From contig MU004181.1 in the NCBI GenBank assembly GCA_010093605.1, positions 1,674,001 to 1,738,000 of the forward strand: a DNA stretch of 64,000 nt, in the 5' to 3' direction. Positions 36,942-48,258 of the stretch are shown here, in pieces. The notes below the pieces were generated by a model. That model was not told where the DNA came from and did not search any database. It was given only the letters and a program-made list of their open reading frames with translations. Both the position numbers and the translations under genes were made by a program. The stretch is from Lophium mytilinum (lineage: Eukaryota). Numbering within the stretch: the first letter of the stretch is position 1; each line of letters begins with the position of its first letter.

Positions 36942-37907
36942 CATCTATGTCATCTAGACCAGTATCATGCGGTTGAATTTGTAAATACTTGCATAAAAGC
37001 AGACAATTGGGCCTGGAGCGCCCCTTATAAACCTCCTTCTCTGAATGCAACAGTTCCACTACGTGACTGACTAGCAGTCCTATGAGTGCCCCCCTCTACG
37101 GCCATCCAAATCAACTGTCACACCGTCAATAATGCTACAACATGTAGCCAAAGTACCCAGATATGCTTCAAAAATCTCCCCCCATCTACTACTATCTACG
37201 TTTGCATATATAGCTCCAACGACACAGTTAGCTAGCAGCCACCCTCTATGTCCCCCTCCGCGTCAATTGAACCAACATCACGTCATGAATCCCGAAGCTT
37301 CTTTCTATACGTTAGACAAGGAGTTCTCATAGGTCGCGATTCCTCAACCGCTCCCCCCTCGTACCTGCTAGCATGTCACGGTTACTTATGTAACTTTGTC
37401 TTACACCACACGACAACGCGTCCTAGTACTGGCCCCCCTAAATGGCTACCCCCGACGTTCCCCTTCTCACTATCAAAAGTTCGTAACTAGTACTTCCTCC
37501 AACAAAACCAGGCAATGCGTCCTTATGCAGGATGTCTAGTCATTAGCCCCCCACGTCTTTCTCTCTGCATCAGCCGTCACACAATCAATTCCGTACCTTC
37601 TTTAAAAAGTTCAGACCACGCGATGTCTAGACAGGCCACGGGTCGGCAGCCTTCCCACGTTTACGTTTGATAACATCAACATCCCCGCGACTCTTCTCTC
37701 TGCCCCGAAAGAGGCCTAGGGCCCACATCACGTAGCGCTCAGCGTGATGCTGTTTGTGAACTCTTGAACCGGAAGTCGGGCGAGGGAACCAGGGGGCACT
37801 ATAGGAACCCAGGGAGCTATTGCACGTGGGGTGGACGTCATGTGCGATTTGGAACAAAAAGGGAGGTTCGTGGGGGAGGATTTAGAGGACGCGTAGGAGT
37901 TGGTTGT

Positions 37908-37979
37908 GGGAGTAATGGGAGTAATGGGAGTAATGGGAGTAATGGGAGTAATGGGAGTAATGGGAGTAATAGGAGTAAA
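37908..37979. repeat. 9-bp tandem repeat (GGGAGTAAT x7 plus 1 degenerate copy)
   Basis: Read directly. Confidence 0.95.
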
Positions 37980-38180
37980 AGAAGGTAGACCTTAGGATAG
38001 CAAGCGGTTATATAAAGGGTCTCTCTCGCGCTGCTACCGCTGACTATGGGGACTGATCATCATTGCATCGCAAGGATCGAAGGCTCTTCCAATGCACGTC
38101 AAAGAACGACACCCACGTAAGTGAGACTGGCACTGAGTTATCATGTAGGGGAGAGATCTTGAAATGGCAAAAGAAAAGAA

Positions 38181-38294
38181 TGCTTCAACTGCGATTCGAA
38201 CCGAGATCCAAAAGAGAAAATAGGCAAAAGAAATTCAAATCCCATATCACGAAGGAGCTAGAGAGCTGCCCATGACCAACTGAGCCATGAGTGT
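38181..38294 (-). pseudogene. tRNA-like pseudogene (possible Ala-AGC origin, with an intron-sized insert)
   Basis: Minus strand shows A-box TGGCTCAGTTGG, D-arm GCTC..GGGC, CT-AGC at the anticodon position, B-box GGTTCGAATC and a downstream T-run. T-stem and acceptor stem pair poorly. Confidence 0.55.
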
Positions 38295-38645
38295 CTCATT
38301 GCACTTGTGAGGACGAGAATTTCTGAGAGACGGGCAAAATATTTTGAAATATATACCTTAAAAGAGTGTGCTCCAACGCCAAGGGCTTTTTTATTTAGCA
38401 GCACGCAACGAAGTGATGTCACCCTGGTTGTATGTTTCCTATTAGGCTATTTTCATTTCCACAGTTCACCATTTCCTTTCCAATGACTACTTCAACCAGC
38501 TAGTCAGAATCGATTCAGTTCTAGATATAATAGGTCTCAACATCCCCCTCCCCTTCCCTCCGAAGCCCAATGCGTATAAATATGCACACCGTCACCAAGA
38601 GTATATTTGTAACTTTCATCCGATTTATCCCCTCTCCTTTCCCTC

Positions 38646-39942
38646 CTACCTCCTCGCGGAATTCATTAACTCAATCAACCCGCTCGCCGCCCGCCCTTTC
38701 ACGACACTGCTCGTCAACTCCCCCTCCTCGAACCGCCGGTTCAGTCTCAGCCCAGTATTCACGCCTCCAACCCGCTCCGCACTCCCCGGCGGGCTGCTCA
38801 GTTGCTCGAACGCGCGACGCTGCGCGATGGGCGTCACGAAGGAGTGAGAGGGCGATAAGTCCGGGGGATGAATGTGGGTTTGCGAAGGCGAGATGGAGCC
38901 GGGTGGAGAGGAGGGAAAGATGCCGGCCTCGGTGATGAAGCGGGAGGAGTAGGCGGTGGGCAGGAGGATAGGCGCGGGAAGGAGCTGGAGTTTTGTGGGG
39001 GGTTTGGCGGCAGGGGAGGAGAGGGCGCGGGAGAAGGTTATGCTGGGGACTGTGGAGGTAGAGGTGAGGGAGCTGTCGGTGGTAGAGATGGAGGTTTCGG
39101 TCGTCAAGGTGGAGGGTTTTGGTGAATTCGCGGAGAGAGGCTTGGTGGTGGCGGAGGAGGCTGGGAGCTTGAGGTTCGCGAGGGGGATCTCGGTTTGGTT
39201 CGTCTGAACTTTGTACATGGCCATTCGAAGGCGGAGGCGGAGGGCTTCGGCCCGTTGTTTGCGTTCGGTAGGAGCGGCGGTGTTGGATGTATTTACAGGT
39301 GGTGATGGTTCTGGGACCTCCTGGGGCGGTGGTGATACGCGAGCTTGAGAAGAAGAGCCGTCAGGGTTGTAGTTGACCAGTGACGAGAAGGATACGTTTG
39401 TCTCTTGTGAGACTGGCGCTTCTGGTTCGGGGACGATCTCTTCAGAATCGTCTCCCTCGAAGCTGACAAGATATGTTGACTATATACAATTAGCCATTTG
39501 GGACGAACGCGGTGTGATACTGAACACATACCGGATCTTCGCGCATCCTCGCAATGACGCTTGGCCTAAAGGCTTGCTGTATTGAGCCGTCGCGTTCATC
39601 AAAGGGACGATACGTGTATCCCGAGCTTTCCTCGCGCGCGACCGCGCCGTCAACTTCAGTAATGGGCCGCTTCCGCCCAAAGCCTGGGTAATGAAGCTCT
39701 GACATGTTCTCGGTATCCATTTGGCGTGCTGGAGACAGTGTCTGGACCTGTTTAAGCGGACTACGGTTCTTCAATGTCTCGAGCTGTTCGACAGCCGTGT
39801 TGTTGGTTTTAGCAGCATTCAGGGCCTTGGGAGTGAGTTCCCCGAGGGTGCGTCGAGCGGGGCACTTGTTCGGAGTCCCAGTAGCTTCGCGGTCCCTGAA
39901 GGCGTTGTGGGGTGAGGCGGGAAGAGTTGTGGGTGCAGACAT
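38646..39942 (-). CDS. Whi5/Nrm1-family G1/S transcriptional repressor (2 exons)
   Basis: Whi5-like motif EALRLRLRMAMYKVQTNQT; C-terminal LTSSVVKGRAASGLIEL; N-terminal D-box-like RRTLGEL; many SP/TP sites; intron about 39480-39531. Confidence 0.8.
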
Positions 39943-40895
39943 GATGCCGATACGCGTGTGAAGGCGGTGGGTAGATCTTAGGACGAGAAGGGAACCAATT
40001 GGAGGGCAGTATTGGAATTGAGGCTGATGACCACGCACGACGAGCGAGCTCCCACGTCTTCAACGGAGAGAAGCAAGATCTGGAATGTTGGCGGGGATTT
40101 GGAGGTGTTGTTGATTGTAGATGCGAGGTGTCGCGCGTATTTATGAATGGACCCTGCACTACTGTCACTCTCCACCAATCATTTTCAAGTCCCACACAAC
40201 GCGGAACATGAGAGCAAAACACGGTTTTAGCACATGCAAAGGTCGCTTTGGTGGCCGAGTGCTAGTCAACAACGGCCCGTTTCCTGCCTGTGGACTGTTA
40301 TTGGCACTCCGCCAGAAAATCAAACGAACCCAAGACGATTTGGGCCAAGTGCCGATCTTTGTTTTGTAGACGTCCCATGTAGGTAGACTCATCATTTCTA
40401 TTGCCTGTAATTGGGGCAATGGCTCCCCACGCCGGCTGCTGGTTGGCATCTGTCCCAGCATCGCCGTCTATCAGTTGCGGGCTGCGCGTCCACGTCGATC
40501 CACATTTTGGACCAGTCACGGAGACGTAGGCCGCTGCCAGGGACTTTATAAAGTCCACTGCTTGTCCTTCAATGAATCTATGCCTAGATACTTGTCGACT
40601 AATCTACAAAGTGCCGGGATACACTTCCAGGATTCTGTTAAGGCCGCTTCCTAACCATCCGGAAACCTCCTGGGATACCTACCTAGGTATCTGGAGTCGT
40701 TCGGCCTACGTCACCAGAACTGTGTTGCGCCTGCTCTCATCTCGCACATGAGAAGGCGCAGCCCGATACTGAGTAAATAAGGCTTGTTCTGTCAGCTCTT
40801 TCACTTCTCTTTCTCAACCAACTTTTCTTGATCCAGCATCATCATAGCATCATTCACCCGCCCCCTTTTATCAAACATACCCTTCGATCATCATA

Positions 40896-42927
40896 ATGAA
40901 AGGCTTTTTCCATAAAGCAAAAGACCAGGTTACCTCCTCGCTGCAAAAAGACTCAAAAGACCCAAAAGACCCAAAAAGTCCACCGCCTGTTCCAGCAACG
41001 AGGCCGTCTATCTTCGGAGATGGGACCCAGAAAGACCTAAAAAGTCCACCGCCTATTCCAGCAAAGAAGCCGTCTATCTTCCAAAGAGATGCCCCCAAAA
41101 TACCCCAGCGTCCCATCACTATCAACCCAGATACACCCCAAGAAGACGGGCCTTCTCGCATCTATAATGCACAAGCACTGGATGTCGCACGCTACCGATA
41201 CCACCATGGAACCAATCTGGGCTCCATCTATGTGCTCGAAAAGTGGTTGCATGGGTCCATGTTTCCCCCGAACGCTGCACCAGGTCAAACGAGCGAGCTT
41301 GAAGCGGTGAAGTTATGGGTTAGTCAGATAGGACTGGACGCAACGTGTACAAAGTTCTGGAAACACTGGGGCAGTGCTGTGTCTGATTCTGATATGAGGT
41401 GGCTCTCAAGATCAGCAAATTGTAATAGACTCGTCCCCATCTTCTCCTGTTCACATCCATCCGCCAGCTCACTAATACATTGTTTTAGGCACCACCTTGC
41501 GTATCCCAATTGGCTACTTTACTCTCGGTCCCTATTTCTGTCAAGGAACCCCCTTTGAACCCTACGCGGAGGTCTACCGCGGGGCATGGGAGGAGATCCG
41601 CAGCTTCATCCTCCGCCTCTGGGCCTTCCGCATCGGCGTCGTCCTAGACCTCCACGCCTTACCCGGCGGCGCCAACGGCGGCGAGCACAGCGGCACTAAT
41701 TCTGGCAAAGCGGACCTCTGGACCTCGAGCTCGAACCTCGCCCTCGGTCAACGCTGTGCCGAATTCCTTGCCCAGGAGGTCCAAAACGGTCTCAAGGGCG
41801 TTGCCGGCATCCAGCTCTGCAACGAAGCAAACTGGGACGCGCCTGGCATGTACGCCTGGTACGACAAGTGCATCGCCAGCATCAGTGCCATTGACCCCAG
41901 CATTCCCATTATCATCTCCGACGGTTGGAACCTCTCCAAGGCTCTCGATTACGTCGGAAAGAAGAACGTCGCGTACCCTGACCGACCGACTTGCCCGGTG
42001 ATCATAGACACGCACTACTACTGGGCCTTCTCCGACGCTGACAAGAAGAAATCACCTCAAGCTATCATCGCCGAAGCCAAGACGAAGATGAGCGAGCTAG
42101 ATGGCAAGGAAGGCAACGTCCTTGAACGTGGTGCTTTCCAGATCATTGTAGGCGAATACAGCTGCGTCATGACCGAAGACTCCTGGGCAAAAAGCGGCGG
42201 CGTGCCAAAGTCGGACCTCGTGAAGCAATTCGGCCAGGCACAGTCCCAGCGATACCAGGAGCGCTCTGGTGGCAGTTATTTCTGGACATACAAGATGGTA
42301 AGTCTTCACACTTCTCAACGCCCTTTATACATCTATATGAGCTGTCCCGCTGCCCCACAGGCGGTCTCGACCCCTTTCCAGACCCAACTTCAGCAAGCCA
42401 CTCTAGTTTTACCCACCCAGCAACATTCCCTCCCCATCTCAGACAGCATCAATCCATTTCCCCTCTCAACCCGCTGACAACCCTCCCAGGATTGGCTCCC
42501 CGGCGGCGAATGGGGCTTCATCGCCCAAACCAACTCCTCCGCCATCACCCCTCCCCCTAGCCTCCTCATGAAGGATCCAAAATCACGTGTCTCCAATGCC
42601 AATGCCCAGCGCGACAAGCTCATGGAGGCCTGCGTCACCGCTCACAGCGACTACTGGAACCGCACAGCCCCCGGCAAGCCCTTCGAGCACTGGCGCTTCG
42701 AGAAGGGCTGGAAAACCGGCTGGGACGACGCCGTGGCATTCCTGGGCCAGAACAGTGTGATGGGCTACTCGGGGGAAACGGCGCCAGGGGGCGACAAGAT
42801 TGGTAATTTGGAACTGTGGGTGCTGAAAAGAATCAGGGACAGCGGGATGAGGGGCCCGTTTGTGTGGGAGTTTGAGCAGGGGCTCCGGAAGGGGATTTCG
42901 GAGTTCTATCGCACTTGCGGGCTGTGA
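40896..42927 (+). CDS. GH5 exo-1,3-beta-glucanase-like glycoside hydrolase, no signal peptide (3 exons)
   Basis: HGTNLGSIYVLEKWL, LRIPIGYF, DLHALPGGAN, QLCNEA (acid/base), DTHYY, VGEYS (nucleophile), GSYFWTYKM. Confidence 0.92.
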
Positions 42928-43270
42928 ATGTCTCGCGGATGCTCACGACTGTAAGTCCGAGAGCCAGATGGGTAGATGGCGGTGGATTGAGGGAGTCTTT
43001 GATGGTGTTGCTGCACGGTCTGGGTGCAGTTTAGTTTGGCATGATTAGACTGGCACGTCTTATAGAATGGGGTATTGGGAGTACAATGCGGGAACCGCTG
43101 AATCAGACAACCAGCGTTATGGTTATGCGCACAAAGACATCAGCGTGAGGAGCCCGTGGAGGGTTATAATTTCGTGTGACCAATGTTTGCGTACTTTCAT
43201 GAGTTATCCTGGGGGGTATCATTAACAAATCCCGTCTCTTCTCATCTCCTGCAACTCTAGCTCCTCTCCT

Positions 43271-45712
43271 CTACTGCATCTCCACCTCCATCTCCTCCCT
43301 CGACGGCCTCGGACTCCTCCCCCGCTGCGGACTCGGCTGCGGGCTCGATCCCCCCGATCCAATCCCCAAACTCGCAAACGCCTGCGCCATCGACGCCGCA
43401 GGCTTCGGCTGGGCCGCAACCCCCGTCGCATACTCCGACGTCTCCACGCCCGTCACAATCGGATCCGCCAAGACCGGGGTAGTCGCGCCACTCCTGCTCG
43501 GCGTCGCCAGCCCATTCGGATTGTTCGAGGAATTCGAGACCATTGACGACGAGGGGGAGAGCGCGGCAGGGGCGCCAGGCGGCGGGCCAGCCTTGCCGTT
43601 CATCTCCTCGTCGAGGCGGCCAAACAGCTCCGGCCACCAGCGTATCTTTCTGCTGTCGGGGAAGATCATGCGCTCTTTGCCGCGAATGCTGTCGTCGACG
43701 GTAGGGTCGTATTTTGGGTTTGTGAACTCGGGGCGGCGTGAGAGGAAGTAGTCCCATACGCTTCGCGTGCGCTGCGCGGCTTTGTTCTCGACGCGCTCCT
43801 TTTCGTTGTCGAAGAGGAAGGTGCCGTATTGGCAGGAGTAAAGGTGGTAGAGGAGACGGCGCAGGAAGCGCTCGTTGTATTCGAAGCGGTCGGGGTGCTG
43901 GTAGAGGAGCTGGTAGGTGCAGTCTAGGAACTGGTGGAAGACAGGAGAGATTTCGGACGGTTTTGTAACGCGCTGTTCTTCGGCGGCGCCGGACATGGAG
44001 CCTATGGGCGCGGGAGTCGAGACGGAGGCGGGAGTCGAGTCGGATGCGTTCTGCATCTCCGCGTCTGTGGTATCTGCGAGTGATTCGCGGCTTTCGTCCT
44101 TGCGATTGAAGAAGCCTTTTGCAAGTCGAGTGGCATTTTCGATAGGATTACCACTGGGAGAGCTGGTCCCGTTGACGCTGCTCTTTCCAGCTATGCGCTC
44201 GTTCTCGATCTCGAACCACTTCTCGTGGCTCAGAAACCCAGATCGTTGTCGGAACATGTGGCCAAACGACATCCAGTCTTTCTCTACTAGGACAATGAAG
44301 CCGTCTATTGTGCGATAGTACGGATCAAGGCATATTTGACTTAGTGCGCTCAGCTGACTCGTTCGGTCCCAACCGTCAGAGCAGTGTATCAGCACGTGTG
44401 AGTGCATGATGCCGACTGTTCGTGCTATGAGAGCTGATCCTTCTAGCACATTGCCTATGTGCTTCAACCAACCCGTTGCTGCGAGCTGCTCTGCATTAGG
44501 TGGAAATGCAGAGACATCTGAGTGACTGAGTGTATCGACGATTTTTTGGAGGGACCTGCGCATGACGTGAATGTTGTCGATACCTAGGTAGGCCTTTTGG
44601 GCGCCTTTGTATCCATCCATGTTCTCCGATCCCTTGCCGACTAACTGCATCGCCATAGCGTTAATTGTTGGCCGAGCGTCGACGATCATGTTTCTCTGTT
44701 GTGCTCCGTATACTTTTGGATGAATTGTATCGGACTCGTCAGGGTCCGAAAGGTCTTCCGTCTCAGGATCAACTACGGAAGAGCTATCAGCACCAGAAGA
44801 AATGAAGTTATCCACGCTAGATTCTGGACTTGAGCTAGTTGTGCTTGATGTCGGGGCTGTTTGTGGTTTCCACCCACTGTTAGTCGCAAATATAGCAGCC
44901 ACCAACTTCTCATCTTGGACGTTCCTAGAACCTCTAATGCCAGGTGTCGGTTGAGCGCTCCGAGTGATGGAGCAATTGTTTATGGGATGCCGGTAAACGA
45001 GTGCTGGTATCCGGGCTCGAGACCTGTACTTTCCCGCGTAGTTGAGGACGTTATCTGAGATTCGAGTGGGAACGACGATTAAGGCAGGGTATGTAGGGGA
45101 GTACTAATTTAGTTCTTAGCGACCTTCTTTCCAAAGGGAGACACTTAAGTGCTTGTTTACCTGGTAGTCGACATTTATTTCAGATATCCGCCAGCCCTTT
45201 TCGGAGTCCTTTGCGCTGATGCCTAGTCGCTTCCACTCACGCCTAGCATCATAGATATTCCAGCCATCAATAGGCTTTTCTGCAGGCGGTGGCTTATACG
45301 AGAACGCTAGCAACTTATCCAATCTTCCGATCTTACAGGACGAAGAGCGTATCCTCTCGTACGCCTCACGTGCCTTGTTCTCTCCGAGGAAGTGGAAAGC
45401 GAAGAACTTGAAGTCGCGACACTGTATGCGAATCGAGGGTTGCTGGTGGGACTGTGGAGGGGTAGGGCGGTAGACACAGTAAGATACCATAGGGAAAGTG
45501 ATCCATAGTTCTTTTTCTCGGGGTGGTCTCGCGGACTCGGGGGAGTCGGGCGGAGGAGGAGGATGCCAACTGAAGACCATATGGTGGGGCTTCAGATTGA
45601 GGGTGCCATCGTGCCGCGCCCCTCTCGTCCATAGTGTGACATCCTCTATCTAGGCATATATCAGTATCGGAGGGCTCGAATAGGCAGCACTTATATGCGC
45701 TCTCACCCGCAT
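43271..45712 (-). CDS. YMR1: Myotubularin-family phosphoinositide 3-phosphatase (multi-exon)
   Basis: Catalytic HCSDGWDRT; DPYYRTIDGF, EKDWMSFGH, SPVFHQFLDC, YSCQYGTFL; N-terminal PH-GRAM-like region. Start codon position is approximate. Confidence 0.93.
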
Positions 45713-46081
45713 CTTGTCTCGAGGTGCACTGCGGAAGAAGATGATGTACGGACGGCAAACTAGCGGTTGAAGAGAGAACGAGCTGTGACAGCAACAATGT
45801 TGGAGAAAGAATGGTTCGCAGCGACGTCTATGAGACTGTGTGTAGTAACAAGGTGAATGTCGGAGCTGGTGTTGACGTGTGATAGAGGCAAGCGTGGGTA
45901 GGTGACCGCATCCTTGCTGGCAGGCAGTGGGGTTCAAGAAGCACGAGCCAGCTGAAACTTATTTATACCCTTGAGTCGACCCTTCTACACAGCCTCCAGA
46001 AGCTCCCATGATGGTCTACACGAACCCTCCACGGCCTTTGCCTTTGCCTTGAATCGTAGAGACTCAAGGTGAACAATTTGT

Positions 46082-46825
46082 ATGATCAAAGAACCAACCA
46101 CAATGGCACCCCTCCCAACCGACCACCTTTCTCCCAGCGAACTGGGTACCAAGGACTACTGGGATAGCGCCTACAGTCTCGAACTGCAGAATCATGCCGC
46201 ACACCCCGACGATGAGGGCACCATTTGGTTCTCCGACGCCTCTGCAGAAGAGCGCGTACTCGCGCATCTGGAGACGCTGTCCGATGAAGGCATGCTCAGC
46301 AAGACCAGCACAACATTCCTAGATCTAGGCACAGGGAACGGCCATCTTCTTTTTGCACTTAGGGAAGATGAATGGGAGGGTAGTATGCTTGGGGTTGACT
46401 ACAGTGCTGCGAGTGTTGAGCTGGCACAACGAATAGGGGCAGGGAGAAAAGAGGAGGGCCAGGTCGAAGTGAGGTTTGAGGAATGGGACATCTTGAACGA
46501 GCAGGCTGGAGAGTGGCTGGGCGAGGGCTGGGACGTAGCATTGGACAAAGGCACATTCGATGCAATCAGTCTCAGCGGTCAAGTCGACGAGCAAGGGAGG
46601 AGGATATGCGAAGGCTATCGAGCTCGTGTCGAGCCACTCATAAAGATAGGAGGACGACTAATCATAACCAGCTGTAACTGGACTAGCGACGAACTAAGAG
46701 CATGGTTTGAGGTCGAAGGAGGACTGCTGGAGTACGAGGCCAGCGTCAAGTACCCCAGCTTCACATTTGGAGGCAAGACTGGACAGCAGGTTTGCACACT
46801 CAGCTTCATGAGGAAGAGCGGATAG
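46082..46825 (+). CDS. EFM4: Protein-lysine N-methyltransferase Efm4/See1 (METTL10-like, eEF1A)
   Basis: PSELGTKDYWD, GTIWF, LDLGTGNG, GVDYS, DKGTFDAISL, ITSCNWT, YPSFTFGGKTG. True start may be the Met at 46103. Confidence 0.92.
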   Translation: MIKEPTTMAPLPTDHLSPSELGTKDYWDSAYSLELQNHAAHPDDEGTIWFSDASAEERVLAHLETLSDEGMLSKTSTTFLDLGTGNGHLLFALREDEWEGSMLGVDYSAASVELAQRIGAGRKEEGQVEVRFEEWDILNEQAGEWLGEGWDVALDKGTFDAISLSGQVDEQGRRICEGYRARVEPLIKIGGRLIITSCNWTSDELRAWFEVEGGLLEYEASVKYPSFTFGGKTGQQVCTLSFMRKSG

Positions 46826-46832
46826 ACCCGTC

Positions 46833-47930
46833 TCACTGCTGTCGACGCCTCAGCCGACACACGACAAGCCACTTCTTCCGCTCTCCCATGTTCTCCAGAC
46901 CTCCGTCACGCTCGGGGCGCCACTCCCTACGCACACCATTTGCATCCATCTCGTATATCTCCTCAATCTCCAAGCCTTCCTCTCCCACAACCTCTTCGAA
47001 GAACGGAGCTAGCTTAGCCCGTCCAGTGTGAAATCCTGCAATCACGAAGACACGGGCGTCTGGAGAAGGCGAGAGAAAATGCAGCATCGAGCGAGCGAGG
47101 CTTTGATGTTCCCACGGCATCCAGAGACAATCGGCAGCTAGTATGCGAGTAAAGCATCCAGCCTTCTCTGTCGAAAACGGGGAATCGAGATCTCCCCACT
47201 CGTGGCCCCTGACAGAGAGGTGCGAGCGTAGATTGCATGGAACATTGCTCTCAACGTTCTTGGTAATATTTGCCAACAGTTCCGGCGCTGGATAGTCTGA
47301 GACGACCACCTATAGATCTAGATCAGTGACTTTGTTGAACAATACCACAAACTCTTAAAAATTAGCCTACCTCCTCAGCCCCGGCCAAAGCACTGATGAT
47401 CCCACCGAGTCCTACGCCTAGACGCTGAAAATATCAGCACCATACACCTTGCGCCCTCACCCCCCTAGGGCATCGAACCAACCTGCCCCAAGTTCAAGAA
47501 CTGTCTCTCCCTTTACCCCCCACAGCCTCTCCTCCTCGTTACTAACCCACCACCTCTCCGCGCCCCACCCATCAGGAGTCTCCTCCACTTCCTCTGCCTC
47601 CTCCTTATTTCCCTCCATCCGCACCCCAATACCTCTCCCATCCCCCTCATTTTCGCCCTTCCTTCCCGCAACCAGCTCTCCCATCAACACCCCCGCATTC
47701 CAAAGATAGTGTGCAAACTTCCTCCGCTCTTCCTCCCCACTCGGCTCGGCCACAGTTAGCTCCAGCTCCCCGAACCTCTTGTTCTTGTAAAGAATGACAG
47801 TGTCCGGGTCATCGCCATGCATGTTCTGACAGTCATCGGGGAAGAGCGTGCCCAGGGCGCTAGAAAGGAAGTCTTCGGGCCCAGGGACCGCGGTGGGCGG
47901 AGGGCGGAGGCGGATGAGGGAGGGAAGCAT
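46833..47930 (-). CDS. EFM7: Protein N-terminal/lysine methyltransferase Nnt1/Efm7-like (3 exons)
   Basis: FAHYLWNAG, VLELGAG, VVSDYP, GHEWG, ILAADCLW, GFHTGR (METTL21/family-16 type). Confidence 0.82.
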
Positions 47931-48258
47931 GGGGTATGGATGGGAGCGGATGGGCTAATTCAGAGGATGGGATGGGAGGTTGGTATGTGCAGAACTTTTT
48001 GGTTTGTTGTGGGATGGGATGGGATGTTTATGTGTGACGCGATGGAGCACGTGCCCCTCTGCGGGGTCAATGATTTCGTGTTTGGTTCTCTTTCTACGTA
48101 GTTACACGAACGTGAACATGGGACTTATGGCCTGAGGGTCGAGAGGAGTAACTATGAGAGGGTGTTTCTCAACTACCATGTCACGTGCATTGATCACGAC
48201 CAAAGACGGCGCTACGTGGAGAGCTTCAAGAGACGCGTCCGAAGACTCAACATTGTAT

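Noticed and set aside
36882..37979. Tandem repeats as CRISPR or telomere arrays
   Set aside because: No spacers, eukaryotic context, and the units do not match TTAGGG.
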